From Asterias rubens (Eukaryota), in the NCBI RefSeq assembly GCF_902459465.1, contig NC_047071.1, positions 10,354,001 to 10,418,000 of the forward strand: a stretch of 64,000 bases of DNA, given 5' to 3'. The notes below the pieces were generated by a model. The model was not told the origin of the DNA, ran no database searches, and saw nothing but the letters and a program-made list of their open reading frames with translations. Positions within the stretch are counted from its first letter, which is position 1; each line of letters starts with the position of its first letter. Below are positions 24,001-35,874 of the stretch, piece by piece. The position numbers were made by a program, and so were the translations under genes.

Positions 24001-25308
24001 GAGGGCGCTGTTTGTGACGTCAACCGAGGCAGACTTTGCCTGTAATGCGTAGAGTAAACGCAATTGCAAAGTACATGTACGGACCAAGTCGTGAGTTTGT
24101 AAGTTTCAACAACAAAAAAATTGGGTTTTTTTCGGCAATGCCGACCAGGTGTATTGCTGCTGAATGCAGAAAAACACTTTTTGAAATGTACCAACTCACG
24201 ACTTGGACGTACATGTACTTTGCACGTGTGTTTACTATATGCATTGCAGGCAAAGTCTGCCTCGATTGACGTCACAAAAGGGGTAGGCGGAGTCAGCCCC
24301 CCAAACAACTTCATATATTTTTTAAACATATAAATTGTGACAAACAATTACTAAAAAAATTGTTTTATTGTTCGTAAGCATATACTCTTATGTTTGAAAG
24401 AAAAACAATTTTATTTCCAGGTGACTTTAATTAGTTCATCAACTAAATTTAACACCTAGGCCTATTTAACAGCAGTAACATATTTTTTTACTTTCTTGAT
24501 GATGTCTGGCTTCTCCATTTTAAAACAGCCATGAATTGCTACATACACTGTTTTTATGTCTCCTCCTTACAGGGTTTTGGAATGCCTCATATACCCTCCA
24601 TGATACCTCCTCCACCACCGATGTCTACACCTCCCGAGGTACACCAAGAGGGTAATGAGGAGGCTCTCCATTCCATGCTAATGTCTTGGTATATGAGTGG
24701 GTATCACACCGGTTACTACCAGGTAATTTAGAACTCGTGGAATTCTCAGCAGTTCACTAGCAACCAATTCCAGAAAATCTTTAAAATGAAAAATACTCCT
24801 ATTTCATTTTCTCAGTAATAAGGTGTTAATTTGTATTCCCAAAGTGTTCCTATAAAATCATCCAGTGAGGGGCCAGTTTGGTGGCATAATGAGATAACCA
24901 GTGTGTACGATGTGATTAAGACAATGGAAATATAAATAAAAATATTATATATTTGTAATGTTTTTAAATGTAAATTTTTTGTAATTCAGCCTTAGTACTG
25001 CGAGGACAGGTTTTAAAATCCATTTTATCTATCTATTTATTTATCTATCCACCATTAAAATATGTCAGCATGTGCCGACAGTGTCCCTCACTGCAGGGTT
25101 CTAAATGAACTTATGACGAAGAACAAAGTTAAGACTATGGGTGATCAGCTGGTTTATAATTTCCCAATTGTTAATTTTTTTTGTTTTCCCCCAGGGATTG
25201 AAACAAGGGAGATCATCCTTTCATTCCGCCTCTCCTAGAATGCCAGAAAGTAGAAGACAATCAGAGCGCCAGTCAAGACCAAGAAATAGTGGTGCTCAAT
25301 CTAGATAG
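18009..25308 (+). CDS. SMN1: Survival motor neuron protein (SMN), 295 aa
   Basis: All phase-0 exons 18009-18047 ([13 protein letters not shown]), 19956-20036 (Gemin2-binding [16 protein letters not shown]), 20674-20796 (basic), 21575-21781 (Tudor [22 protein letters not shown]...[11 protein letters not shown]), 22392-22565 (Pro-rich), 24573-24722 (PPPPP and YG box [17 protein letters not shown]), 25195-25308 (GLKQ...TAG). The exon layout parallels human SMN. Confidence 0.97.
18398..19750 (+). mobile_element. Decayed Penelope-like retroelement reverse transcriptase, interrupted by MITEs, in an SMN intron
   Basis: Frameshifted peptides in PLE order: [10 protein letters not shown]...FIYLINSFH...LKLTSDS (18398-18520), [17 protein letters not shown] (~19150-19205), [12 protein letters not shown]...FVMTFHP (~19275-19440), [11 protein letters not shown]...[11 protein letters not shown] (~19480-19560). 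Confidence 0.75.
18579..18945. mobile_element. TTAA-flanked MITE, family B (~36-bp TIR)
   Basis: TTAA-AGGGACACGTTGCCTTGGATCGGACGAGTTGGTCTA...TAGACCAACTCGTCCGATCTAAGGCAACGAGTCACT-TTAA. Confidence 0.85.
20204..20548. mobile_element. MITE with a ~28-bp TIR plus an internal ATCACTTCCGGG inverted block
   Basis: GCCATATTTTTGACCGCATGAGGGCGCT...AGCGCCCTCACGCGGTCAAAAATAAGGC; TSD not clear. Confidence 0.7.
21817..22095 (+). mobile_element. tRNA-derived SINE with a CORE-like central block; copies at 11840-11995, 16006-16235, 42277-42368
   Basis: Head ...TAAGAGCACTGGACTCAAG...GTGTGGGTTCGAGTCC (B box), followed by TGTGTCCTTGAGCAAGACACTTAAC...GTAAATGGG, which resembles the MIR/CORE consensus TGTGACCTTGGGCAAGTCACTTAACC...GTAAAATGGG. 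Confidence 0.7.
22683..22841. repeat. Imperfect ~85-bp tandem duplication in an SMN intron
   Basis: ACTCCTAGGCATTCT(T/C)GCTTACACAGCTAGCGCAGAACTTCTGCGCTTGCC...TGCCAGTAGAAATTATAT occurs twice. Confidence 0.85.
23848..24430. mobile_element. TTAA-flanked Kolobok-type element, family C, with a long internal foldback (24013-24275)
   Basis: TTAA-AGTCACCTGGAA...TTCCAGGTGACT-TTAA. Internal arms TGTGACGTCAACCGAGGCAGACTTTGCCTG / CAGGCAAAGTCTGCCTCGATTGACGTCACA. Confidence 0.85.
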
Positions 25309-27598
25309 CAATGGCCTCATCTCATCTTGTCTCATCTACTGACATTCATCTCACAGTGTTTTTCTAACCAGGAGCTTCAAAGATACTCCCAAGAGGCAAA
25401 TCTTGAAGAGAAAACTGAATTGCAAAGAGTACTGTATGTGATGCGATCGAGCTAAATGAGTCACTGGCTGTGAAAATATCAGCTTGGAGAAGAAACAGGC
25501 CAAAACAAGCAAATGGATGTGAAATTGTCATCATCAAAAAAATGATTTTATTTTAATGCAAAATTTGTTTTTACTTTTTTCAACTTCCTTTCTGATAAAT
25601 AATATCAAAAACAGGTTAAAATTAGCTTTTCTGGTTGTTTCTACTCTCATACATGTGTAACTTTTGAACTAAAGGTGGTATCAGCATGGGGTTTTAAGGG
25701 TATTAAATCATTATGCTCGTTTCAAATGTATTGAAGAAAGATATTGAATGTTCTTAGTCGACAAGCGACTTATTTTGCTCGAGCGCATCACTTATATTAT
25801 TTTCCACTTGCAACCTATGCAACAACAATAAGACGAGATTAGCCCTCCATCAGAGCTACCAACTCTCCCTCATTCTGCAGAAAATATTCCAAAAAAAAGC
25901 AAATCTTTCCGTGTTCTGTTGAGCTAGTTTGACAATCGCCCTGATCGTGGAAGCCTTTCCCCCGTTATGTTGAATGTATATTTCTTAATATCTCACACAT
26001 TGTTATCTATATTGTGAAGGAAGGGGGGGTCTGCTGTTGTCTGGTCATTTATTTGTGCTGTCAACTGGAGACGAGTTAGTAACAAGTTAATTCAAATAGT
26101 GGACCCACGGTGTCAGGCCTGAATTCTGTGCTTGAGAGGGCAAGGCAGTTTTTCCTTGGTAAGGGCACCTCTATGAGGGATGTGTAAATCTCTTGACCGT
26201 TTGTACAACGCACTTACACACAGCTATCCTGTCCACCAATTTGCGAGTCAAAAATAATTGGATTCCCAAAATGGTACTACGCTCTGTACGGTTGTGCGTT
26301 CCATGCAGTGCAAGGGAACAACATTGGAACATGTTTGTGAAGGGCACAAAGGCAGTGATATTAGGGGCATAGAGGCAAGTGTTTCAGTTTGGTAGGAGGC
26401 CTGGGCTCGATTTCGCAAAGCACCAAGGTTCATCGTAAGACAAGTTGTCAGTATCGCCAGTGAGCAACTACAATTGATTTGCAGTTAAGATCAATCGTAG
26501 CTCTTAGTGAAATCGGCCTGTGGACTTCATACCATTGTAAAACCAGTTACATGTAATGTTTAACTTAATACTATTTTTAATAAGCGTTTGTGTGAAATAA
26601 AACTACGGTACAAAAATTATTGATTTGTTTATTTTTATTTCGTGTTAAATCTGTACAGGGGTATAAACTGAAGTCAAAAAGCTACTTGCGGTGATGTTTT
26701 GTACCAAGTTACATATCTGATTGCAGAGATGAATACAACTCGGTTATGAAAAGCAAAATATTTACAGAATTTGTCAAGAAATTATTGTTTTCCCTTGTAA
26801 TACGAGATTGACCCTTAGCCATAATGAACCAGCACCACGGACCTTTTTTTTTTATGCAAAAAAAGAAGAAATTGGTAGAACATGAAAGTACTTACATGCA
26901 TAACAATTTTGGACACTCAATGATCAGATCATTGCCAAAAATGTCTGGCATTAACCCTCATACAAACAGGTACCATAGACTTCCACTCAGAGCAGTCTTC
27001 AGTCCAACATGTTCAAATAAAACAGATTGCTAGAGTAAAGGCCGAGTGTGTGCGTACGTATTCTAGTGGAGCGATTCAACCAACAGATTGTAGTTTGTGC
27101 CGTGATCGCCATCGTTCAGGTGTGGATGGATTGAGGTTTTATACCCAGTGCTTTTTTTTTTCCAAATTGACTTATCCAATTGTTTTTTTCATAACTAATA
27201 CTAAGCATTCATGATTGAGGTTTTGCTTTATTGTTTCAAAATACCCAACTGACCTCAGAATTACCATATTATGAGGGACAAGGGAACTTGCATCAGAAAC
27301 ACAAACACATACATGACATAGAACTAACACAAGGCACCAAATATTGGCTTGAAATAGAAGAGTAATTATCTATATTTGTACAAGAAGTAAACGTGAAAAT
27401 CAAAGGGATTTATTTGAAGCTTAATAACAGCAAATTTATCTGGTTCATCCGTTGAGATATAAAAGTATTTCGTCTGCCCATCTTTCTTTGTACAATAGTC
27501 GCACCCAGATGCTCCCAGTAGACAAAGGGTGAATGTTTTGCCAGGGATATTTGTTGTTGCTGCCCTTTCTCTGCCGATTTCATCTAGGAGCTTAGCGT

Positions 27599-29901
27599 TT
27601 ACTTCTTTGGGGGTTTGGCCCCTTCCTCTTTTTTTTCATTTGCTTTCTGCTGCTTCAAACGCATGGCCTCGGCATCTCTGAAAGAACAAACAAAAAAGTG
27701 CATTATGTTATTTCAAGGTATTACACAGGATTGGTAAGAACAAGAAACACAACGAAACAATCAGACAGCTTTCAGACTTTAAACTAAAACAAAAATTAGT
27801 TTTAGTCTGAAAACTTTCTGTTTATTTTGTTGTTCATATAAACACCATGTTTTGTATGTGAAATGAAGTCATATTAAAAAAAAAGTATCAGAAAACCTAA
27901 ATAAGATTTTGCAGCTGATATCGGTTGTTACAACCAATATTATTGACAATATGTTTACAAAAATGGTGCATGGTTTTGCACCATTTTCTCATGACTCACA
28001 CAATGGATTAAGCCCAAACTTCCACAGGTCTGTTATTCATGTATTCTTATGTTTGATCACACAAAACTTGAATACTGTATGCAACTATTGGTCAGCTCAC
28101 CACCAATCCTGTATAACACCTTTATAACACTGGTTATATTGCTATTTGATGGCGCAGGGAGCTCAATGAAATATAAAACCCAGGAAAAATCCTGACAAGT
28201 CAAAGCGATGAAAGATTTGGGAAAGAAATCGGCAGAATATGGGAATAAAATATTTGTAACCTACACTGTAACTATTTAACTACAAAGTGTGACAAGAATC
28301 TTAATTTTTGTTTACCTGTGACGTCTGTCCTCCAGGCTTTTCCCATCCCCTTTTTTCTTTCCTTGTTCTTGTTTCTTCTGATTTTTCGCCCTCGCAAGTT
28401 CTCTCTGGTTTCCACCTGAATTTAACCAAACAAAACATACACACAGTGTAAAAGTAATGAGTACAGATAGAAAGATAGTCTTTCTAAGAGCTTTCAATCA
28501 GTGTGCAATACAACTTTACCATTTCTCATTGCAAAACCACTTACACATAATTTATGATGTATATATCTGCAAATTTTTCTAAACTAGCTTACAAGTTAAA
28601 GCAGAGGTTTATTTTTTTTTCGGCCTGGAATAACTTCACTTCGAAGTGACCTCAATTTCTTTGTTATATGGATGGCTGATATATTTCCCATGCTTTGTTT
28701 TACCCAATCACAGAGGGACAGCAGGTCCTGAAATTTATGCTCCCACCCATTCCAATTATTTCCCTTTTCAGGTGGTCGTTGTGTAATCCCAAAACTTCCA
28801 GACCTTTGTCTTTTTATACAAAGGCGGCTTACAAGAATGGACACTCGGGCAGTGTTGTAGCCACGGTGGGCAATGCTTGGCAAGCCTGCCCAGGACTAAC
28901 AAATTTCGCACAGCACTCTGAGCAAAAAAGCTGTGCTGTCAAGAGCGCAGATTTCCCCCAGATTGCACTTACAGTCACTCAGTGTTACAGCAATGATGGC
29001 CCTATACAGTGTTATATGATATCTAACTTGGTGTACCAAATTGGATTTAAGACCCACCACTAAAATTGGTCTAGATACAACCATGGAGTACAACACTGAC
29101 TGACTGCCACCATTAATTATCATAACAATGCATTCATAAAGTGCGATGCCAATGGAGATATTCAAGTCCAACTCCAAGCTTGGCAAGATTACTTTTTACA
29201 GCATGCCAGGATGGCAGATCAAACATAAATAAGTAAATGACTTTTAACTGTGGCTGTGTCACTGTCAGTCACTCATATAATATTAATTGTTCAGTTGTAA
29301 ACAAGCATTCAATAATTGTGCAAGTAACAATCATTAATGAATAAAGTTATTGTATTTACATTAAATACGATAACTTTTTATTCATTAATGATTGAATGAA
29401 ATTGTAAATTTGTTTGTAAATTACAAACAAAATTTACAATTTCATTCAATTCAATCGATGATTATTTATTGATTTGACTTGGTGATTACACCATTATAAT
29501 TATTATATATTGATTTTTTGATTTTTTTATTATAATTTAAATCAAATAAGCAAACATTCCATACAAAAAAATTGCAAAAAATGGCGCTATACTCCAGAGT
29601 GAAATAACACACAAAGTAATTATCAGGGATAACACGAGATTTATACAAAATCAGTTTTAAAACCATGAGTCGGTGCTATTTTATTTTGTGTAACTGTGCA
29701 CTGGACTATGTAACTGTATGTTTAGTGTTTAGTGAAGTAAACTCTGTGTGTGTACACATGAATACCCGTACGTAGTACACATTTCCGTGTCCGATACCGA
29801 TCCTGTCAGTTATTTAATCAAATGAGATAATCTTTTGATAAAAATGAGCGAAAAAGTGGTGGCAGGATACGGAAATCTCCCCGAGTCTACTTACGTGTCA
29901 T
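27599..29901 (-). CDS. SERF: Small EDRK-rich factor (SERF1/SERF2/MOAG-4 family), 61 aa
   Basis: Exons 29895-29901 (ATG ACA C|GTAAGT), 28316-28415 and 27599-27677 give [61 protein letters not shown]. This carries the [11 protein letters not shown] signature and the 7-nt first coding exon. Confidence 0.95.
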
Positions 29902-31288
29902 TCTGATATGAGTTTATGTCACAATATCACCGGAAAATGACAATTTCAACCGGGCTTACTGCATATATCGCTGACGTTTCAATAGCCAATTATTTGCTAT
30001 CTGATATTTAGTGCATGGTACCGAAACTCTTGTCCTCACTGTTCGGTTTAATTTTAACGTGGTATGTGTTTCCGAGGAGAGTGGGTACCAGACGATTAAA
30101 ATAGTAAAAGGGCGCCCTCATCGCCAGTCATAAGTGAAAAACTAATTATTGCTTGTGACGACTGGGAGTCATTCTGACTATGATGAGCCTTTTTGTGAGG
30201 AAAGTGGGGCTTGAGAAGGGATTTCTTGAAAATCCCTTAAAATAAGGGCTTTTTATAAAAACGGTAAAAACAATGGATATTAATAGAGGTTATAAGTAAC
30301 ATATATGAGGATACACAGACATGTTTAAGCAATGCATACAATAGTGGTAGCCTCCTGAGCGGTCGAAATTAGATTTCACATCCTCAAAACTAAAGCACTG
30401 TCAGATGAGAGCCCTTTAGGAAGACCTTTAAATGTTCCAAGATCCAATCCTTTTTCTTGGAGATACGGCCGATCATAAGTGCATTTTATTGTTACTCTGT
30501 GTCAGTTTCGTGTAGGCTATACAAACAAATGCTTGTGAACACTGTAAGCGCAGATGAATTTTTGAGAAAGGTCAAAATGAATTTTTGAGAAAGGTAAAGT
30601 ACAATCTATTTTGCCATATCCATAGCAAAAATAAGAACGTGTAAAAAGAGGCTGAAATAGGACCACTTCCAAAGCACTCCATTGGAAACTTTGAAGCGGA
30701 AACATTGAAGTGCTGAATATTTCTCAACTTATTCAGCGTCTTCATTTTAGTGGTAGCTAGGCCTACATCCCCGGCCCTGCCTGGCGCCACTGTTGATGTG
30801 AATACGCATAGCCATAATTTTAAAGAGATTTTCAGCCCTGTCCAATATTATTATTATGCTGTATAAAAAAACACATTTCTTGTTATAGAAATTCGCGCCT
30901 AAGCAAGATCGATCTTGAACTATCACAATGTTGCGGTGTGTTGTATACACATGCACTTTTTCATTGTTTGTCATCAAACATTGTGGTTAATGACGTCATG
31001 TGCAATCCATTTATTGCGTCAGCAGATTGTACGCGCGCGTGTGACGTACATTACAGGATCTATATCTATACGATCTATATACGCGCAGTGATTGTACGCG
31101 CACATGCTCTAGCTCATTGTTGCTATGACGTTATTTCTTGTTTTGGTATCTTAGCAAAACACAAGTTTAGTAACATGTGAATTCGATGTCAACACCTTTA
31201 TTCACCATAATAATGGTGGCAAAATACGATGCGACAAGCTTAAATGCCGGTACTCTGGTCATTACCAATTTGAAGCCTATTGTCCGCA

Positions 31289-34200
31289 ATGCGAAGGTGG
31301 AAAAACAGGAAACGAAATGCCCCTACACAACAAGGGAACACAGCACAGACGAAGAATTCTACCACCACCAACCAACGGCCGAATGATTCTGTTACCCAGC
31401 TGCAGAAGGGCTCTGTCAGCAAGCTGCAGAAGGGTTCTGTCAGCAAGTTGAAGAAGGGTTCTGTCAACACCAAGGAGTCTGTGAGTCTTCCGCAAGTAGA
31501 ATCTTTAGAACATGATCTCACGTCGGGACCATCCCAGCCCAACAAGGCGCCAGTATCGAACCCACCGAAAGGAATGGTGTTGTCAGAGCCACCAGAGTTG
31601 CAATTGAAACTTAGCACGCTGCTGGAGGTATCTCATCCAAATGTTGTACTCCCATCGTCCGACGCTCTTCACTCCGAGCACGTGCTCGTGGCAATGGCCG
31701 CACTGTGGAAGAAGAAACAACTGAACGACGTGGTGCTGGCCATTGGACCACACCGGATTGGAACCCATAAACTAATCCTTGCCGCTTGCAGTGGATACTT
31801 TCTGGAACTCTTTACGAAGGACGGAGTTGGAGACAGCGATGACGAGTTCCTGTACACGCTTCATGGTATCTCCTTCGAGACTCTCAAACTGCTCCTGGAG
31901 GCGATGTACACGGGTCACTTCTCCGTAGACTCTTCTCGACTCGAGGAGATACTCTCGGCAGCCGTCTATCTCAAACTGTCCTTTGCACTCAAAATTTGTA
32001 GCGATTTCATGATCGGAAGCTTGAATACGCACACCTGCTTGAGAACTTTAGGGTTGGCTACTGTATTCGGCTTGACGCGAGTGATTGATAAAGCATTTGA
32101 AATGGCGTCCAGAAATTTCTCCCTGGTTGCTGATACTCCGGATTTCTTGGAGTTACCAGAGAAGACTCTGATGACTCTTATATCCCGGGATGACTTGGTC
32201 GTGGACACCGAGCTGAGTGTCTTCCAAGCAATGCTACGTTGGATTGACGTTTACCGTGAGGTACGGCTGGACCACGCTTCCCTGCTCCTTGAGAATGTCC
32301 GTCTCCCGATGATCAAGCCTCCGGACCTCGTGGACCACGTGGAAAGCGTTGAGTACCTCATGAGACTCCCCGAATGTGAGGCTCTGGTGAAGGAGGCACT
32401 TCACTATTACTGCTTGCCTCTACGGCAGAGCATTATGCAGTCTAAGCGGACTACTCCTCGGTCTACAGTACACCTTACCACCATGGTGGCGCTGGGTGGA
32501 CATCCTCGTCTGGCTAAACAACCAGTGGGGAATGTCTTGATGTACTACAACTCCAACACAAATGAATGGAGAATGCTTTCCAAAATGATTCACCCGAGAC
32601 ATCATCATGCTGGTAAGTTATCTGACCTTTTTCCGAATGTGTACAAGCGATGTACACGGGATCCCAACCCAAATGCCACCAAATTAAAGGTAAACAAAAT
32701 TATGAGCAAGGTGGTGGGTAAACTTTTGGTAATATATTTTCTTTAATAGAAACACAGACCATACATGTGTGGTTAAACTGTAAGTTGACTATAACTTAAG
32801 GTGATTACCCGACCTTACAATACATAATGATGAACAACTTAATTTAAAACGCACAGTTTAGTTATAATACGCGAGGGTGCAGGCGGATCAGCCAACTTAT
32901 GCTTGCAAACTCTAGCATATTGTGCAATACGGCCTTTAACCGACGGAGACTGTTATCATTATTCCATTGTCCCCCATTTTCAGCTGCCGTCCTGGGCGGA
33001 TTTCTGTACGTTGCTGGTGGGAGGGAGGTTCTTAACAGCCCAGACGCCCCGTTGAAATCAGGTCATAGATACGACCCACGTACGGACTCGTGGATTCAAA
33101 TTGCAGACATGCGCAACGCGAGGGAGAGCTTCCAGATGGGAGTGGTGGATGGAATGATCTATGCTGTTGGTGAGTGGTCATTGTCTCTTAGATTTCCATT
33201 GTCAATGTTTTGATTTTTCAACCCCGCACCTCACTTTTCCTCTTCGGGCAGTGTGGTAGGGCTGCAGAGACTCTCCAGTTTACACTACAAGTTTGGATTA
33301 ATATTCCATGACTTCCATTTTCTCTGCAGTACGCCTTCACGTTGTTCTCAGCCGTCCTACCTTCCTCTTGCCTTCATGAGTGTCATTGCTTTCCTGCAGT
33401 GGCCTTTAAACGTGACCAATCCACTTCCATCTTCCAAAATGTTTTTTACTCAGCACTGTGTGATTTGTATGATGATGGCATGGGTGGCTTGTCAATTTCG
33501 CCACTGTACACGGGGGACACGGGTTTGTCTCCTCCCCTTGTGGTGTTATTTTGTTTTTACTCATACCAGTTTCTCAACGAATTTATGGACCAATTTTAGG
33601 AGGACGTATGAATAGCGATTCGTCATTGGCTGCCGTGGAGAGATACAACCCAAACACCGACCAATGGGAAGACAGGGCACCACTTTCAACTCCTAGACGA
33701 TGTGTTGCTGTCGCTGTGCATGATGGAAAGTTGTATGCCGTGGGTGGATCAGGTGACAACAACTAAAATAAAAAATTATTTTTATGTTGAAAGAAACTTT
33801 TTAAAACTCGTCACTTTGACGGTTTTCAAAGCAAGGGTTTTCAAACCACGGGCCTTTTGAAATAATATCGTCACTATTATGCTGGTTTTACACCAAGGGC
33901 TCGTTAAAATCTCGTCACTATGCCGGTTTCAAACCACGCACCTTTTTACTCGTCACTATGCCGGTTTTATAAAAACTAAGCTGGTTTATAACCACGGGCC
34001 TTTTCAAATCTCGTCACTTTGCTGGTTTTTAATCCGCGAGCAATTTTCCGGGTTAGCCCAACCAAGGAAAGGGTCAGCTACGCTTGGACCCAAAATCCGG
34101 GTCAATTCTGACCCGGGATGAGTGTATAGAGTGATCCAATACCATTTGTAGGCCTACTAGTAATTTGCAATACTTAAAATATGATGGTGAAGGTAGCACT

Positions 34201-34732
34201 TAAACTAATTACATAACAAAGTTCATGGGCTTTCGTAGCAACAACTATTTCATCAGATGCAATTAGTTATGCCTTTTGTATTATGTTTAACACAGGAAAC
34301 AAGAAAATATCCAATAAGGTTGAGGTTTACTTGCCCCGCTCCGACACATGGAAGACGAAAAAAGACTTGAAGTCACCACGATTCTTCTCCCACTTGTCAT
34401 CCGTTGGGGATTACCTCTACCTGGCTGGCGGTGCCGAAGTCGACCCTACCGGGGGAGGAGTTCGGTGTGTCCCGCATATCCAACGCTACGACCCTGTCAA
34501 GGACACGTGGACCAAACTGAGAGCTATGAGGCAGCCCCGGGCCGAGGCGGCAAGCTGCGTAGTGGGTACCCGCATCTACGTCATAGGGGGGTATTGCTGG
34601 GACAAGAAATCCTGGCTTCGGTCTGCCGAGTGTTACGATGTAGAGGCGGACGAATGGACAGACGTTGAGGATTGCACAAACGCTTACACTGGAATGGCTT
34701 GCTGCTGTTTAACACTTCATAAACTTCCCTGA
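31289..34732 (+). CDS. Kelch-like protein (BTB-BACK-6x Kelch; probable CUL3 substrate adaptor), resembling the KLHL9/13/26/36 group; orthologue not assigned
   Basis: Exons 31289-32612, 32984-33169, 33600-33752, 34296-34732, with phase-1 introns. BTB (LNDVVLAIG...HKLILAACSGYF), BACK (LPEKTLMTLISRDDLVVDTELSVFQAMLRWI, LLENVRLPMI) and Kelch GG/Y/W repeats (LYVAGG...RYDPRTDSW, IYAVGG...VERYNPNTDQW). The first ATG is at 31289 with an in-frame TGA at 31271; an upstream exon cannot be excluded. Confidence 0.9.
33809..34030. repeat. Degenerate repeat with about five TCGTCACT...GGTTTT units in Kelch-gene intron 3
   Basis: TCGTCACT(A/T)TG(C)CGGTTT and AAACCACGGGCCTTTT recur. Confidence 0.6.
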
Positions 34733-35020
34733 AAGTTAAATAATATTTCTTGAACAAAATGAAACTCCATTATGCCGCCACAACGGTAGTTAATGTGGTA
34801 GGCCTATTTGGGGGCAATGGGGATGGTTACGTCGTTGACGGGTCCAGGACTATGGGAAAGGAGGTTTGCGAACTGACTTCAAAACTTGGTTTTGTTTTCT
34901 AAAATTGATTACCGGTAATTGACTACAATTCTGATATGAAAATCGAGACATACTCACGAACCCCTGGATCCGCCGATGAGCGAAGTCCAATCAATGAAAG
35001 GGGCAAGAAAAAAGTTTATT

Positions 35021-35514
35021 GCCGGTGTCAGATGCAATTGTGTCCACCATGCAATACTGTCCGCTCCGGACTCCCCTGCATATGCAATCGTGTCCGGGGC
35101 TATAAATCCGTCCCCGGACATGTACATGACTGTGTGTGCGCGTAAGCAAGAGCGTGCATGCACTGAACCTACGAACGTATATTATGCAGCATGAATATTC
35201 ACGTATTTTATGATTGCAGCGAATACCCAACGGCCGAACATTTCCCATGTCATTCGTAACATGCACTTAGCTTGTAAAAGAAGGGCGAATGTGTTCCGTT
35301 GATCAATGGCGTTTAATTTACCGCAAGGATAGTTTTGCACGGGGCGGACACAACTGCATATGCAAATGTGTCCGGGCGGACACAATTGCATTATGCAGCA
35401 GCGTCCGGGCGGACACGATTGCATATGCGAAACCGTCCGGCGAACATTATTGCATATGCAATAATGTCCTCCGGATAGTATTGCATAGAGGACATAATTG
35501 CATGCGACACCGGC
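35021..35514. mobile_element. MITE with TIR GCCGGTGTC..ATGCAATT.TGTCC and internal palindromic subrepeats
   Basis: GCCGGTGTCAGATGCAATTGTGTCC (35021) versus GGACATAATTGCATGCGACACCGGC (ends 35514); internal GGACACAATTGCATATGCA units. Confidence 0.75.
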
Positions 35515-35874
35515 ATCGGTTTTTGTTCGCAGATTGTTTCGAAAATTCAAAAACGTGTTGTTGTTGTTGCAAACACTGACAATTTTAATGTCGTTTACGC
35601 CAAGTAAAATTAATGTCCCAAAGGACACTGCTCCCTTTTCATGATTCAAACAAACGTGCTTGGCTTTATTTTGGTTGAGGATTAATAAATGGGGTAAAAA
35701 CAAAAGTCATGTCGCATGCTTCTGCTGTTGCTGACACTGGTGGCCGAGATTTGTTTCAAGAAAATGTATAAGGGAAAAAGGCTTTTCCCTTCTAAACTGA
35801 TTCCCCTTAGAATGCACGCCGATGCACGCTATACAAATAAATATCTAGGCATTATAACTGGTAGTCATTAATTT

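Noticed and set aside
32613-32746. C-terminal end of the 488-aa ORF
   Set aside because: It is intron read-through after the donor GCTG|GTAAGT at 32612; the Kelch repeats continue at 32984.
35182-35703. 173-aa minus-strand ORF and overlapping Cys-rich ORFs
   Set aside because: They read through palindromic MITE subrepeats and show no protein-family motif.
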